Notes under the pieces: model-generated
What the model was told of the DNA's origin: nothing
Seen by the model: the letters and a program-made list of their open reading frames with translations, nothing else
Database searches by the model: none
Virus record (IMG/VR): IMGVR_UViG_3300037751_000446
Coordinates: 1-35,889 of that record
DNA length: 35,889 nt
DNA from: a virus
Taxonomy: Duplodnaviria; Caudoviricetes
Direction: 5' to 3' (one strand)
Shown: one piece after another, positions 15,899 through 25,429 of the stretch
How positions within the stretch are numbered: the first letter of the stretch is position 1
Layout of the letters: the number at the start of each line of letters is the position of its first letter
Translations under genes and position numbers: made by a program

Positions 15899-18555
15899 TC
15901 TGCCAGCTCCCTGAAAATCCCGACCAGCGCATCATGGACCTGATCCGCCACCTGGCGCGCCATCTCCGCCGGAGACCCTGAGACCGCAATCGGCCCGATC
16001 CCCCCCAGGTTCACGTTCATCGACCGGCCCGCGCCGCCCAGCGCCCCTACCAGTTGCTGCTGGCTGAAGCCCTCGCCAAGCATCGAGCGCAGCATCGAGG
16101 TCGTCTCCGGGTTCATTACGTATTCACCGGCGTGGACCTTTGCCAATCCGGTGGTGTCGACCGGGCCGCCGTGCTGGAAGGCGTACACCCCGCCGCCCCC
16201 GTACTGGCCTGTCTGCGTACCCCCGACCTGCTTGATTTGAGCCGCCGCATAATCCAGCAGCGCCTGCGAGCGATCCACCGGAGCGCTGCCGCTGCCCCCC
16301 TCGATCACGCCCTTCATCCGCTGCCACCACTCGTTCAGGCTCGCCAGCGCCTCTTCCTGCCCGGCCTGCTGGACCGCCAGCTTCATCGCCTCGTTGGCCG
16401 TCAGCGCGTTGAACTCATCAACGAAGGCGTTCTCCCGGATCGTCCTTTCGTTCACCAGGTTGGTCTGGATTTCCTCCAGCCGCCGCGCCTCCTCCGCTGA
16501 GACCTCCGCCATCTGCACCCGCAGTTTGGCGATGTGCTCATCCCGGTCCCGCTGTTCCTCCTCGAAAGCTCGCTGCAAATCCCGGATGCGCTCTCCCGCT
16601 TCAGCCCGCGCCAGTTCCAGCCGCGCCTCGGCGTTCTCCGCCTCTTCCTCAAGGTCCTCCAGCGCTCGCTCGGCCTTGATCTCCGCTTCCTGGCGGGCGT
16701 TCTCTGCCGCTTTCTGAAGCCGGGTCACCGCAATTGCGTCCAGCTTCCCCGCCGGGTCATCCAGGTCCTGGGCCAGTTTGCGGTCAATGTCCTCGATCCG
16801 CCGCGCCCGGTCCTCTTCAATCTCAGCGGACTTATCCGCCAGGTTCTGCCGGATTTCGGTCTCGCGGGCCGCCAGGTCTTCCTGCACGGCGTTGATCCGC
16901 CGACCGAGTTCCTCCCCCGCCCGCGCCGCCTGCTTCTCCGCGTCGGCGATGCGCTCGGTGATCCGCTGGCGTTCCTCTGCCGCCCGTTCGACCGTCTTCG
17001 TGCGCTCTGTCTCAGCGCGTTCTTCCAGTTTGGCGAGGTCCTCCCGGAAGTCCTTCCAGGCGTCAAGCTGCTCCTGACTGAAGTCCGTCCCGCCGATCCC
17101 CATATCGGCGCTACCGTCCGCCATAGCGATGTCGCTCTCAGCCCCCGCCGTCGGGAACAGCCCCCGCACCAGGCCGCCCATAATTTCCTCGCGCAGCTTA
17201 TCAAAGCGCTCTTGCGCCCCGGCAATCGGTTCGCGGGCTGCCGCCCCCGCCACCTTGATCAGGCGTCCCGATTCATAGAGGTCGTTCATCCCGCTGATCG
17301 CCCCCAGCTTCTGGACAAAGCCCCCGATGGCCTCCGCTGCCGTGCCGAAGGCGTTCACCAGGATCGCGCTGGCCTGCATGGTCGCCTCCGCCATTCGGAA
17401 GATCGCGTCTGCGAAGACCACGATGATCTGCTTGATGTGATTCCATAAAGTGCCCAGGTCCGCGTTCGCCAGTTCCTCGTTGCCCGTCGCCCGCCCGATC
17501 CCCCGGCTGGCCTCTAATCCCGCGACAACCCCGCCTGCAGCGAAAGCCCCGACCAGCCCGGCCCTCCCCAGCGCCGGGGCGATGCTCAACCCCTGGATCG
17601 TCTTCAGCGCGTTGATCACCCCGCCCAGGCCCAGCAACAGCGGTCCGATCACCGCCGTCGCCGCGATAATCCCCCCGGAGAGCGCGACCAGGCCCGTTTC
17701 CTGCTCGGTCAGTTGGGTCAGCCATTCCGCCCCCGCGTCCAGCGCCGGGGTCAGGAACTTGTCCAGCAGCGGGGCCATTCCCTCCCCAAGGAAGCGCTGC
17801 ACCGCGTCCTTCCAGCGGGTCATGGCAGCAGCGCCGCTTTCCCCCATCTCTTCGGCGGCGGCGGCGGTTGCGCCTGCTTCATTCAGGGCGATGTCCAGGG
17901 CCAGCGTAAAATCCCCCGTCTGTGCGGTCAGTTCTTGCAGCCGCTTGCGGGAAAGGTTAAAGCGTTCTGCCAGGCTTACCAGGTCCGTTCCGCCGGAAAC
18001 CAGCGCCTCGTTGATAGCGAAGGCCGCCCCGCCGATCCCCTGTTCGCGGTTCAGCACGCTCAACCGCACCGCGAATCCCAGCAGCCTCTCCATTTCTTCC
18101 GTGTTGCCCCTGGCAGTGCCCAGCAGTTGGGCCGCGCCTTTGTTGATGTCTACCTGCCGCAGCCCGTATTTATCCGCCAGTTGATTAAGTTGTACCTGAA
18201 GGGCGCTTGCCCGTTCCTGGCTGCCCAGCAGACTCTTGAAGCGGATGTTGGCCTCTTCCATCGCGTTGGCGTAGTTAATCCCGATGGCAACCAGTCCGCC
18301 CGCCAGCGCCGTCACTGCCGCGATTTCTGTGCGGAGTTTCCTTATGTCATTCCCCACCCCGTTGATGGCCTGGCCCACGCCCCGCATCCCCTGCTGGACG
18401 TTCTGACCCATCCCCCGGAAGGAATCCTGAATCTGACGCACGCCCTGCTGCGCCACCCCGACCCCCTCGCGGATTTGCGAGGTGTCGATCACGATGCGCC
18501 CGCGCGCCGTCCCCAGGTCCTGCCCGCCGCCTAGCCCTGCTCCACCTAATCCCAC
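15895..18555 (-). CDS. Tail tape measure protein
   Basis: DLGTARGRIVID N-terminus, A/G-rich helices, TM segments, long coiled coil, C-terminal FQHGG..VHAGEYVM motif. Confidence 0.9.
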   Translation of the reverse strand: MGLGGAGLGGGQDLGTARGRIVIDTSQIREGVGVAQQGVRQIQDSFRGMGQNVQQGMRGVGQAINGVGNDIRKLRTEIAAVTALAGGLVAIGINYANAMEEANIRFKSLLGSQERASALQVQLNQLADKYGLRQVDINKGAAQLLGTARGNTEEMERLLGFAVRLSVLNREQGIGGAAFAINEALVSGGTDLVSLAERFNLSRKRLQELTAQTGDFTLALDIALNEAGATAAAAEEMGESGAAAMTRWKDAVQRFLGEGMAPLLDKFLTPALDAGAEWLTQLTEQETGLVALSGGIIAATAVIGPLLLGLGGVINALKTIQGLSIAPALGRAGLVGAFAAGGVVAGLEASRGIGRATGNEELANADLGTLWNHIKQIIVVFADAIFRMAEATMQASAILVNAFGTAAEAIGGFVQKLGAISGMNDLYESGRLIKVAGAAAREPIAGAQERFDKLREEIMGGLVRGLFPTAGAESDIAMADGSADMGIGGTDFSQEQLDAWKDFREDLAKLEERAETERTKTVERAAEERQRITERIADAEKQAARAGEELGRRINAVQEDLAARETEIRQNLADKSAEIEEDRARRIEDIDRKLAQDLDDPAGKLDAIAVTRLQKAAENARQEAEIKAERALEDLEEEAENAEARLELARAEAGERIRDLQRAFEEEQRDRDEHIAKLRVQMAEVSAEEARRLEEIQTNLVNERTIRENAFVDEFNALTANEAMKLAVQQAGQEEALASLNEWWQRMKGVIEGGSGSAPVDRSQALLDYAAAQIKQVGGTQTGQYGGGGVYAFQHGGPVDTTGLAKVHAGEYVMNPETTSMLRSMLGEGFSQQQLVGALGGAGRSMNVNLGGIGPIAVSGSPAEMARQVADQVHDALVGIFRELAE

Positions 18556-18584
18556 GTCTTGAACCCTCTACTGACCCCTGATAC

Positions 18585-18911
18585 TTAATCCACCACCAGC
18601 CCCGCGATGCCCCGCAGGTCCTTGATGTCCACCGGCTCAGCTGCTCCCGGTCGCGGCAGCCGGAAGGCCGGGTCGAGGAGTTCCGCCAGCCGGTATTTTT
18701 TCACCGTCTTCGGCTCCCTCTCCGTCCCCACGTTCTCCGTCTCCAGCAGCGCCGCTTCCAGCGCGCCCCCGCCGATGGTCACCGCCATGTCGAACTGGTA
18801 CGCCAGCCAGCCGTCATGCTTCAACTGGGGGTCGTTCAGCAGCAGGCTCGGCCTGCTTGCCGTTTTTCCCGCCAGCCCGTACAGATTCCACAGCAGACGT
18901 TTGTTCGTCAC
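18585..18911 (-). CDS. Tail assembly chaperone frameshift extension (gpGT-like C-terminal part)
   Basis: In the +1 frame relative to 18814..19314; begins at the TCC TTT CGT site; RPS..AYQFD motif. Confidence 0.7.
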   Translation of the reverse strand: MTNKRLLWNLYGLAGKTASRPSLLLNDPQLKHDGWLAYQFDMAVTIGGGALEAALLETENVGTEREPKTVKKYRLAELLDPAFRLPRPGAAEPVDIKDLRGIAGLVVD

Positions 18912-19314
18912 GAAAGGAACGCAGCGCCACCATGGGCGCGGTCACGAATTGCAGGACAAAGCTCTTGTCCGCCAGGTCGATGTCATCCACACTGATCTCG
19001 TCGTCCGCCTGCGGGTTATCGACCAGCTTCGGTTCGAGGAAGGCCGCCTTACAGATCAGGTCCAGCAGTTCAATAGACCCCCGCGCCATTTCCAGCGACT
19101 CGCTGATCTGCGCCGGGCTGGGTTCGCCCCGCCAGATCGTCTCCGCCACCAGGGGCGTCAGCAGGTCCGGGACATGCTCCCCCCGGATCAGTTCCGGCAG
19201 GCCCACCGGGCGCAGCCGGACCACGTTCCCGCTTGGCAGGGGGACCATGACCCCCTCTTCGCGCAGCTTCCGCCATTGTTTCCCGCTGGTCACTTTCAAC
19301 TGTTCAACAGCCAT
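18814..19314 (-). CDS. Tail assembly chaperone (gpG-like)
   Basis: Lies between tail tube and tape measure genes; overlaps a second frame. Confidence 0.8.
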   Translation of the reverse strand: MAVEQLKVTSGKQWRKLREEGVMVPLPSGNVVRLRPVGLPELIRGEHVPDLLTPLVAETIWRGEPSPAQISESLEMARGSIELLDLICKAAFLEPKLVDNPQADDEISVDDIDLADKSFVLQFVTAPMVALRSFRDEQTSAVESVRAGGKNGKQAEPAAERPPVEA

Positions 19315-19331
19315 GATTGCTCCATATCCCT

Positions 19332-19373
19332 TCCCCTCTCCGGACGACTACGCACAGTCGCCTGGAGAGGGGA
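19332..19373. promoter_or_regulatory. Long hairpin between tail tube and chaperone genes
   Basis: tcccctctccggacgact / agtcgcctggagagggga inverted repeat. Confidence 0.5.
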
Positions 19374-19385
19374 TAGAGGCTAAAC

Positions 19386-19913
19386 TTAAGCCGGGAACGG
19401 CAGTTCGATGTCGTCAGCGGCGACGTTGTGGCGCAGCCGGGCAAAGCCGTTGACGGCCCCTTCGTACACGCCGGTGAACTGGAAGCCGGGCGTCACGTAC
19501 TGCCCGCCCTGGAAGCGCCAGCGCAGCGGCCCCATCAGCTTCGCCTTCGGGACCAGGATGTGGCTGTCTCCCCCGTCCCCCGTCCCGTGGATCTTCCCCA
19601 CCAGCCCGAAGTAGGGCCGGTCGGTCTGCCCGAAGACCAGTTCGGTCGCGCCCGTTGGCGAGGCCACTGTTTCCCCGGTCATGATCGCCAGCGTGTCCAG
19701 CGTCAGGGCGGCATGTTCCACCGTCCCCGTCACCTTGATCGCCTTGCTGTGCGTGTCCAGCACCACGTCATCGCCTTCCAGTTCCGCCTCCTGCACGTCA
19801 ATCGCAACCTCAATGCTGCGAATGCCCAGCAGGTCAACCAGCGTCCCCCAGTTGTTGGCGCTGACCCAGACGGCGATCTTCGCGTCCCGAACTCCAAACC
19901 TGTATAAAGTCAT
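19386..19913 (-). CDS. Major tail tube protein
   Basis: FGVRDAKI, LEGDDV, RPYFGLVGK, ILVPKAKL pattern; synteny. Confidence 0.8.
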   Translation of the reverse strand: MTLYRFGVRDAKIAVWVSANNWGTLVDLLGIRSIEVAIDVQEAELEGDDVVLDTHSKAIKVTGTVEHAALTLDTLAIMTGETVASPTGATELVFGQTDRPYFGLVGKIHGTGDGGDSHILVPKAKLMGPLRWRFQGGQYVTPGFQFTGVYEGAVNGFARLRHNVAADDIELPFPA

Positions 19914-19924
19914 CTTTTCTGCTC

Positions 19925-20368
19925 CTATACCGTGCGGAGCGCCCGGACCTCATAGTCCGACCGGTCCACGTTTGCTTCAAGGTCCTCGTCCCGCGCCTGG
20001 CCGATGTCGCCCACCCAGCGGATGGCGAAGACCCCGTTCGCCTGTTTTTCGTGTAGCAGGGCGTAGGCCCTGTTCTTCATCGTCTCGATGCTCCCGTAGC
20101 CATCGCTCTGGTAGAACCACAGTTCTACCACCTGACGGGTTGTGGCTTCCTGGCTGATCGGGTCGTTCGGCCCGCCGTCCGGGGCGCGCTTCCGCCCCTT
20201 CACCAGCAGGCAGGGCTTGATCACCCCCTGGTCGGTGAAGGCCGCCGCCACGTTCGTCCGGTTTAGCCCCATCCGCTTCGTCTCGTCAAGGTCATAGATG
20301 CCCCCGCTTGCCGTCGCCAGCAGGGTCGCGTCCGCCTCAAGGATCGCCTTGATGATGCTCACGCTCAT
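19925..20368 (-). CDS. Tail terminator / tail completion protein
   Basis: AILEADATL N-terminus, PCLLV; position before the tail tube gene. Confidence 0.65.
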   Translation of the reverse strand: MSVSIIKAILEADATLLATASGGIYDLDETKRMGLNRTNVAAAFTDQGVIKPCLLVKGRKRAPDGGPNDPISQEATTRQVVELWFYQSDGYGSIETMKNRAYALLHEKQANGVFAIRWVGDIGQARDEDLEANVDRSDYEVRALRTV

Positions 20369-20369
20369 C

Positions 20370-20741
20370 TCATAACCCCATCAGCGCCGCGATCTCGTCC
20401 CAGATCTGCGGCCCAAACTCGTCCAGCGCCGGGCCGATTACCGCGTAGACCCCGGCGTTCTTCAGTTCAAGGTAGACCCCGTATTCCACCCCGTGCGCCA
20501 TCCAGAAGGAGATTTCGTCCGAAGGGATGCCCCATGAGGGTTCGATGTCCACATGTAAACTCTGGCGCGCATTGCCGGTCCGGTCGGTCCAGGGCGCGTT
20601 ATCGCTCATCCAGTTCTCGACCTCCGGCTCATATTCTTCCAGGATGTCATACAGCCCGCCCCGCACGCTCCGTTCGTACATCCCCAGCGCGGGCAGGAAG
20701 ACGATCAGCGGGGCCTCGATCCATTCAAACCCGTCCGCCAT
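20370..20741 (-). CDS. HK97 gp10-like neck protein
   Basis: NAPWTDRTGNARQSL and HGVEYGVYLE motifs. Confidence 0.8.
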   Translation of the reverse strand: MADGFEWIEAPLIVFLPALGMYERSVRGGLYDILEEYEPEVENWMSDNAPWTDRTGNARQSLHVDIEPSWGIPSDEISFWMAHGVEYGVYLELKNAGVYAVIGPALDEFGPQIWDEIAALMGL

Positions 20742-21127
20742 CAGCCTCTCACCTCCGCCAGTGCCTGCAAGCATTCCGCCAGGCCCGGCATCAACTCGAT
20801 CACCTGGTAAGCCAGGTCGTCCAGCACGAAGCGGTCCCCCATCCGGAGGTCCGTGTCCGTGATGCTCGTATGGCTCCTGTAGCCCAGCACCAGCGCCCGC
20901 TGGCGGCTGGTCCCCCCGCTCTGGCTTCCCGCGATCCGCGAGTCGCCGCTGATCGGGTCAACCCGCACCGTCTGGGCGCTTAACAGCGTCCCGTTCCGGT
21001 TGACCGTGATGCTGCTCGGCTGGGCCGCGATCAGCCGGGCGATGTCCACCCCCCGGTCGCCCGGCGTCCAGTTGCTCAGCGGCTCCGTGCTGCCCTGCCA
21101 GGCGTCGATGCTAGCCATGTGGCTCAT
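20741..21127 (-). CDS. Head-closure (head-tail joining) protein
   Basis: DLRMGDRFVLDDLAYQV beta-barrel pattern; synteny. Confidence 0.65.
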   Translation of the reverse strand: MSHMASIDAWQGSTEPLSNWTPGDRGVDIARLIAAQPSSITVNRNGTLLSAQTVRVDPISGDSRIAGSQSGGTSRQRALVLGYRSHTSITDTDLRMGDRFVLDDLAYQVIELMPGLAECLQALAEVRG

Positions 21128-21467
21128 CCCTCAGCGAAGGAGGCACCCGCCGCATCCCTACCATCTTGACCTGAGACGTAGCCGCCTGCGCCTCTTCCTG
21201 GGCCTCCTCTTTCCAGAATTCCATCGAATCCTTGATGTTGTCCCGGATTTCCTTCTTCTTCTCGCTGGTCAGGCCAGAGGTGTACGAGTAGAACTTGTTC
21301 GCCTGGGCCAGCAGCTGCCGGTAGCCGTAGAACACCGCCAGGGCGTAGCTCTCGCCCGCCCGCGCATAGAGCCGGTTCAGTTCAGCGTCCGTGAAGACCG
21401 CCTCGTCATCCCCGATCCCTATATCTCCCTGCATGTCCGCCAGTTGATCGGCGCTCAGTTCGGCCAT
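21111..21467 (-). CDS. Head-tail adaptor protein
   Basis: IGD..VFTDAEL motif; position after the capsid genes. Confidence 0.65.
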   Translation of the reverse strand: MAELSADQLADMQGDIGIGDDEAVFTDAELNRLYARAGESYALAVFYGYRQLLAQANKFYSYTSGLTSEKKKEIRDNIKDSMEFWKEEAQEEAQAATSQVKMVGMRRVPPSLRDEPHG

Positions 21468-22486
21468 CACAGCACCTCATCCATCAGGGCCAGCAGCTTC
21501 AGCGCGGCGTGGTCCCAGGTCTGGTTAGCCCGCAGCCAGGCCGCGGCCTCCAGGCCCTTCGCTTTGGCCTCTGCCGGGTGCTCGTAGCACCAGCGCATGT
21601 GAGCCGCCACCTCGTCCACGTCCGCCACCGCCCATTCTCCGTTTTTGACCGGCAGCATCGACGGCATCATCATGAAGCGTTCCACCGGGATCGCCCACTG
21701 ATCGATGCCCTCTTCCAGCCCGCCCCAGCGGGTGGCGATCACCGGCAGGCCCATCATGGCGGCCTCTCGCGGCGGCATCCCCCAGCCCTCCCCTTTCGAG
21801 GGGAAGACGAAGCAGTCCGCCTGCTCGTACACTTCCGCCATGCTCTCCACCTCGCCCAGCCAGATCGAGACCCGCCGGTCGCTCTCGCTCAGGTCCATCT
21901 CCGCAAAACGCCGTGAACTGGGCCGCGCCTTGACGATCAGGCGCACGTCTTCCCCGTTCCCGAACTCCTGGAAGAAGGCCCGCCAGGCGATGTCCTCCCC
22001 CTTCCGGCTGCCCCGGTCGCCCAGGGCCAGGAAGGTGTAGGGACGATTCCCGTTCGGCGTCCGGCCCATTAGCGGGAAATCCTCCGGTGAGGTCCCCCCC
22101 GGCACGACGTGGATGGGCTTTTCCACCCCCGCCCGCCGGAACGCTTCCGCGTTCTGCACACAGGGCACGATCAGCCGTTCCGCCAGCCGGTTCACTTCAT
22201 TCGCCCAGCCTTCCGGGATCGCCGAGCATTCGTACATGGTCAGGTTCCACTGCCGCCCCGCCAGGGGGCGCAGTTCACAGGGGGGCAGGCAGGCCACCGT
22301 CAGCCGGGACCAGTCGATACCCGCCATGCGGGTCAACCAGCCCGGCAGTTCCGCCGTATCGCGCAGGGCGGGGGTCACATCCACGCCCGCCCGGTGCAAG
22401 GCCCGCACGAAGTACAGGCCGTAACGCCCGTAGCCGTCGGCGGGGAGGAACTTGTAGTTAAGCCAGTTGATCTGCCTGCTGCCCAT
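21467..22486 (-). CDS. GT4-family (GT-B, retaining) glycosyltransferase
   Basis: DGYGRY, SRKG, ADCFVFPSKGEGWGMPPREAAMMGLPVI (EX7E). Confidence 0.9.
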   Translation of the reverse strand: MGSRQINWLNYKFLPADGYGRYGLYFVRALHRAGVDVTPALRDTAELPGWLTRMAGIDWSRLTVACLPPCELRPLAGRQWNLTMYECSAIPEGWANEVNRLAERLIVPCVQNAEAFRRAGVEKPIHVVPGGTSPEDFPLMGRTPNGNRPYTFLALGDRGSRKGEDIAWRAFFQEFGNGEDVRLIVKARPSSRRFAEMDLSESDRRVSIWLGEVESMAEVYEQADCFVFPSKGEGWGMPPREAAMMGLPVIATRWGGLEEGIDQWAIPVERFMMMPSMLPVKNGEWAVADVDEVAAHMRWCYEHPAEAKAKGLEAAAWLRANQTWDHAALKLLALMDEVL

Positions 22487-22503
22487 GTTCACCTTTTTTC
22501 AGG

Positions 22504-23637
22504 CTAAGAGACGGTCGGGTTCGCCCACGCGCCGCCCGCTACCAGGTAGCCGACTGCGCCGTTGGTCCGGTCCATCCCCACGCCGATCCCGTACTCCATC
22601 TCCACGTCAAGCTGTTTGATCGGGTACTGGTCGTTGTTGGTCGTCTCCGGCACCAGGTACATCCCGAAGCCGTTTTCAGGGTGGACCCGCGCCGCCAGGG
22701 AGTTGTCCGCCGCCAGGGACCCGTAGCTCTTGTACAGCCCGGCATAGCCGGTAGCCAGCCGTGCCGTCGCCTTGAGCCGGATCAGCCCGTAGTCGCTCTG
22801 GAAATCACCGAAGTGGCCCATTTCCCAGCGCCCCTGGGCGAAGAGTTGGTTCCCGCTTGTCTCCCCGCCCCGGTCTATTAAGACCAGGTTGGCGATGTCC
22901 ACCAGTTCCACGAACTTGGTCAGCGCCGCGTAGCTGGTGATGTCCGCCCGGCTCACTATCGCGTCATAGGGCGCGTCGTGTCCGTGCTCCTGGAGGGTCT
23001 CCGCCAGGCCGTTCAGCATCGTGGCGTGAGTTACCCCGCCTGTGCTGCTGTTGAAGCCCAGGAAGTGGTCATGCGAGCTGTCAAAGGCGTCGCCGTCCCA
23101 GGCCGGGGGCGAGTAGTCCACGTTCCCGCCTGTCCCGCGCACGAAGGGCACGTCATAGCCCGCCGATCCGATGGCCTTCTCCGTGTTGGTGAAGGCGCGG
23201 GTCAGCAGCTTCTGCTCGAAGCGCCATTCCAACTTACGCAGCGCCGCCCGGATCGAGGCGACCACCTTCGCCCGCCGCGCATCCCGGAAGTAGCGCCGGG
23301 TTCCCCCGATGCCGATCCCGTAGACGCGCAGGTCGATCATGTGGCCTAACGTGCTCCCTTTGGTCGGGTCAGGCCGGTCAAGGTCGGTGATGTCCGGGGC
23401 AGCTGTGACGGCCCCGCCGTCCTCGTATTCCATGAAGTTTTCTTCGGTCAAACTGAAGAGCCAGCCCCACTTGCGGGCCAGTTCCTCGTTCTTATCGCCC
23501 ACCGCCACCGCGACCTGGTTGATCAGTTCGCCGTAGGTCACCCCGTCGCGCAGTGCCCACTCAGCGATCCGTGTCCCGTCCACGCCGACTGGCAGGGCCT
23601 TGTCCAGCAGGATTTGAGGTCCTAGAATTTCAGGCAT
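22504..23637 (-). CDS. Major capsid protein
   Basis: 377 aa, follows scaffold and decoration genes, strong GGAG RBS, C-terminal EYGIGV pattern. Confidence 0.75.
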   Translation of the reverse strand: MPEILGPQILLDKALPVGVDGTRIAEWALRDGVTYGELINQVAVAVGDKNEELARKWGWLFSLTEENFMEYEDGGAVTAAPDITDLDRPDPTKGSTLGHMIDLRVYGIGIGGTRRYFRDARRAKVVASIRAALRKLEWRFEQKLLTRAFTNTEKAIGSAGYDVPFVRGTGGNVDYSPPAWDGDAFDSSHDHFLGFNSSTGGVTHATMLNGLAETLQEHGHDAPYDAIVSRADITSYAALTKFVELVDIANLVLIDRGGETSGNQLFAQGRWEMGHFGDFQSDYGLIRLKATARLATGYAGLYKSYGSLAADNSLAARVHPENGFGMYLVPETTNNDQYPIKQLDVEMEYGIGVGMDRTNGAVGYLVAGGAWANPTVS

Positions 23638-23665
23638 GTCTTATGTCTCCAATCTACCCGTCTCG

Positions 23666-24076
23666 CTAAGAGGTCGGGTCGTCGATGCCGGGGTTCACGA
23701 AGAACACGCCCGCGCTCTCGAAGTAACCCAGGATGAAAGCGAAGGTCCCCGCCGAGTCGCCGATGCGACCAACCGTGTCGCTCAGGTAGCCGTAGCTCCC
23801 CGGCGTCGCACCGCTGAAGCCGGAAACCGGCCCGAAGACGCAAACCGTCACCGGGTCCCCGGCGTTCACGGTGGTCTCGCCGTCGTAACTTTCCACCGCG
23901 ATCCCGATTCCCCGTGCGGCAGCCGCGCTCACGTTGCCGTCGGCGGGTTCCGCGTCGCCATCACTGGCGATGTACACCACCTGCCCGATGGTGATGGTCG
24001 CCCCGGCAGTACGTCGTCGGGTGACCGCCCCCGGCAGGATGGCGATCTGTGCAGCAGTCAGACTGATGTCTGTCAT
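23666..24076 (-). CDS. Capsid decoration/cement protein
   Basis: AGATITIGQVVY, GIAV, TPGSYGYLSDTVG pattern. Confidence 0.7.
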   Translation of the reverse strand: MTDISLTAAQIAILPGAVTRRRTAGATITIGQVVYIASDGDAEPADGNVSAAAARGIGIAVESYDGETTVNAGDPVTVCVFGPVSGFSGATPGSYGYLSDTVGRIGDSAGTFAFILGYFESAGVFFVNPGIDDPTS

Positions 24077-24106
24077 CTCATTTGCTCCTTAGTCTCCCGG
24101 TCCGGG

Positions 24107-25429
24107 CTAGATGCCCAGCAGCCGACGGGCTTCCCGCCGCGCTTCCGGGGAATCGTCAATCTCGCGGGCCTGGCGTTTCTGCCCCCCGCCTACGATGGCG
24201 CTCGGCCCTGCCTTGTGGCTCACGATGGCCTGGGCGAGCGTCTTGTATTCCTCGCTCCCGGCGTAGGTCTCAAGCGCGGTCCGGGCCTTCTCAAGGTCCG
24301 CCTCGCCGCCAATCTCGGCCAGCACCGCCCGCCGCGCCACCGGGCGCAGGCTGTCGTGTTTGACCGTCTCCGCGATCAGCTTTTCAAGGTCGCCCTGAAA
24401 CTGCTCGCGCCGGGCCTCGCCCATGACCTGTTCCAGTTCCGCGATCTTCTTGTCTTTCTCCTGGATCTGGCCCTCGATCTCAGCGATACGTGCCGCTTCG
24501 TCGTTCTGGGACTGCCAGTCCTTGATGATGGCTTCCCGGACCGTCTTGGGGAGGTCTTTTGCATCCCCGGCGGTCAGTTCGGCCAGCACTTGTGCTTTGT
24601 CCATGATGTCCTCTTCCTGTTTAGGTTGGATCTCCATCTCGCCCGTCACCTGGAAAGCCCCTCCCAGGGAAAGGGCGGCCCGGTCCGGCGGGGCCAGGTC
24701 CAGCGTTTCAAGCTGGAAGCCTCGCAGTTGGTGGCCCCCCTTCCCGCCTGGGACTTCCTCGTCGTAAGTGCCGTATATCGAGGTGGCGAGTTTCCCGCCG
24801 CGTGCCATCAAACGGCGCACGTATTCGCGGGCCTCGCCCGGCGGCAGGTAGCCTTTAGCCCACAGGGTCTCACCCTCGCGGGCCGCCCCCACCCAGTCCA
24901 CCGACTCGATGGGAAACGCCGTGGGTCGTTCCTCTTCTTTCAGGTGGCCCATCAGGCCCCCTTTGCCCACCACCTGCTCCGCGATGGCGCTGACCAGCGT
25001 CTCGTCGTACTCCAGGCCATTTGTGCTGACCTCGCCAACACGCGCTATCGGGAGAACCACGAAGAACGGATCCTCGTCACCCCGTGTCAGCACCTGGATG
25101 TCTACCTGGTGATGGGTTGCCACCGCCGGAAAGCTCCCCCGGAACTCGCCAACGGTGTAGCCTCGTGCGTGCATTTCCCGCACGTAGCTCAGTTTGACTG
25201 GCTCCCAGTCTGTCGGGGCGGCAAATGTGATGCCCTCGTCTGTCGAGGCCATCGCCACCCGGAAATGCTGATCGCCGTCGCGGGCGATCACATGCGTCTC
25301 AAACACATCGCTGACCCATGGCTCCCACGAGTCCGCGCTGAATGCCTCTCTGAAAGCGGTCCGCACTGACTCCAGCCATTGCTCCACCGAGCCGTCGATC
25401 TCCGCCGTCACTTGCTTTGTCTTTCCCAT
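24107..25429 (-). CDS. Prohead protease / scaffold fusion
   Basis: GLMGH..W..TSIYG..LETLDL protease-like core, then a coiled-coil scaffold tail. Confidence 0.65.
   Translation of the reverse strand: MGKTKQVTAEIDGSVEQWLESVRTAFREAFSADSWEPWVSDVFETHVIARDGDQHFRVAMASTDEGITFAAPTDWEPVKLSYVREMHARGYTVGEFRGSFPAVATHHQVDIQVLTRGDEDPFFVVLPIARVGEVSTNGLEYDETLVSAIAEQVVGKGGLMGHLKEEERPTAFPIESVDWVGAAREGETLWAKGYLPPGEAREYVRRLMARGGKLATSIYGTYDEEVPGGKGGHQLRGFQLETLDLAPPDRAALSLGGAFQVTGEMEIQPKQEEDIMDKAQVLAELTAGDAKDLPKTVREAIIKDWQSQNDEAARIAEIEGQIQEKDKKIAELEQVMGEARREQFQGDLEKLIAETVKHDSLRPVARRAVLAEIGGEADLEKARTALETYAGSEEYKTLAQAIVSHKAGPSAIVGGGQKRQAREIDDSPEARREARRLLGI

Noticed and set aside
23636-25369. 577-aa plus-strand ORF
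   Set aside because: Antisense shadow of the scaffold and decoration genes in high-GC DNA; no recognisable motifs
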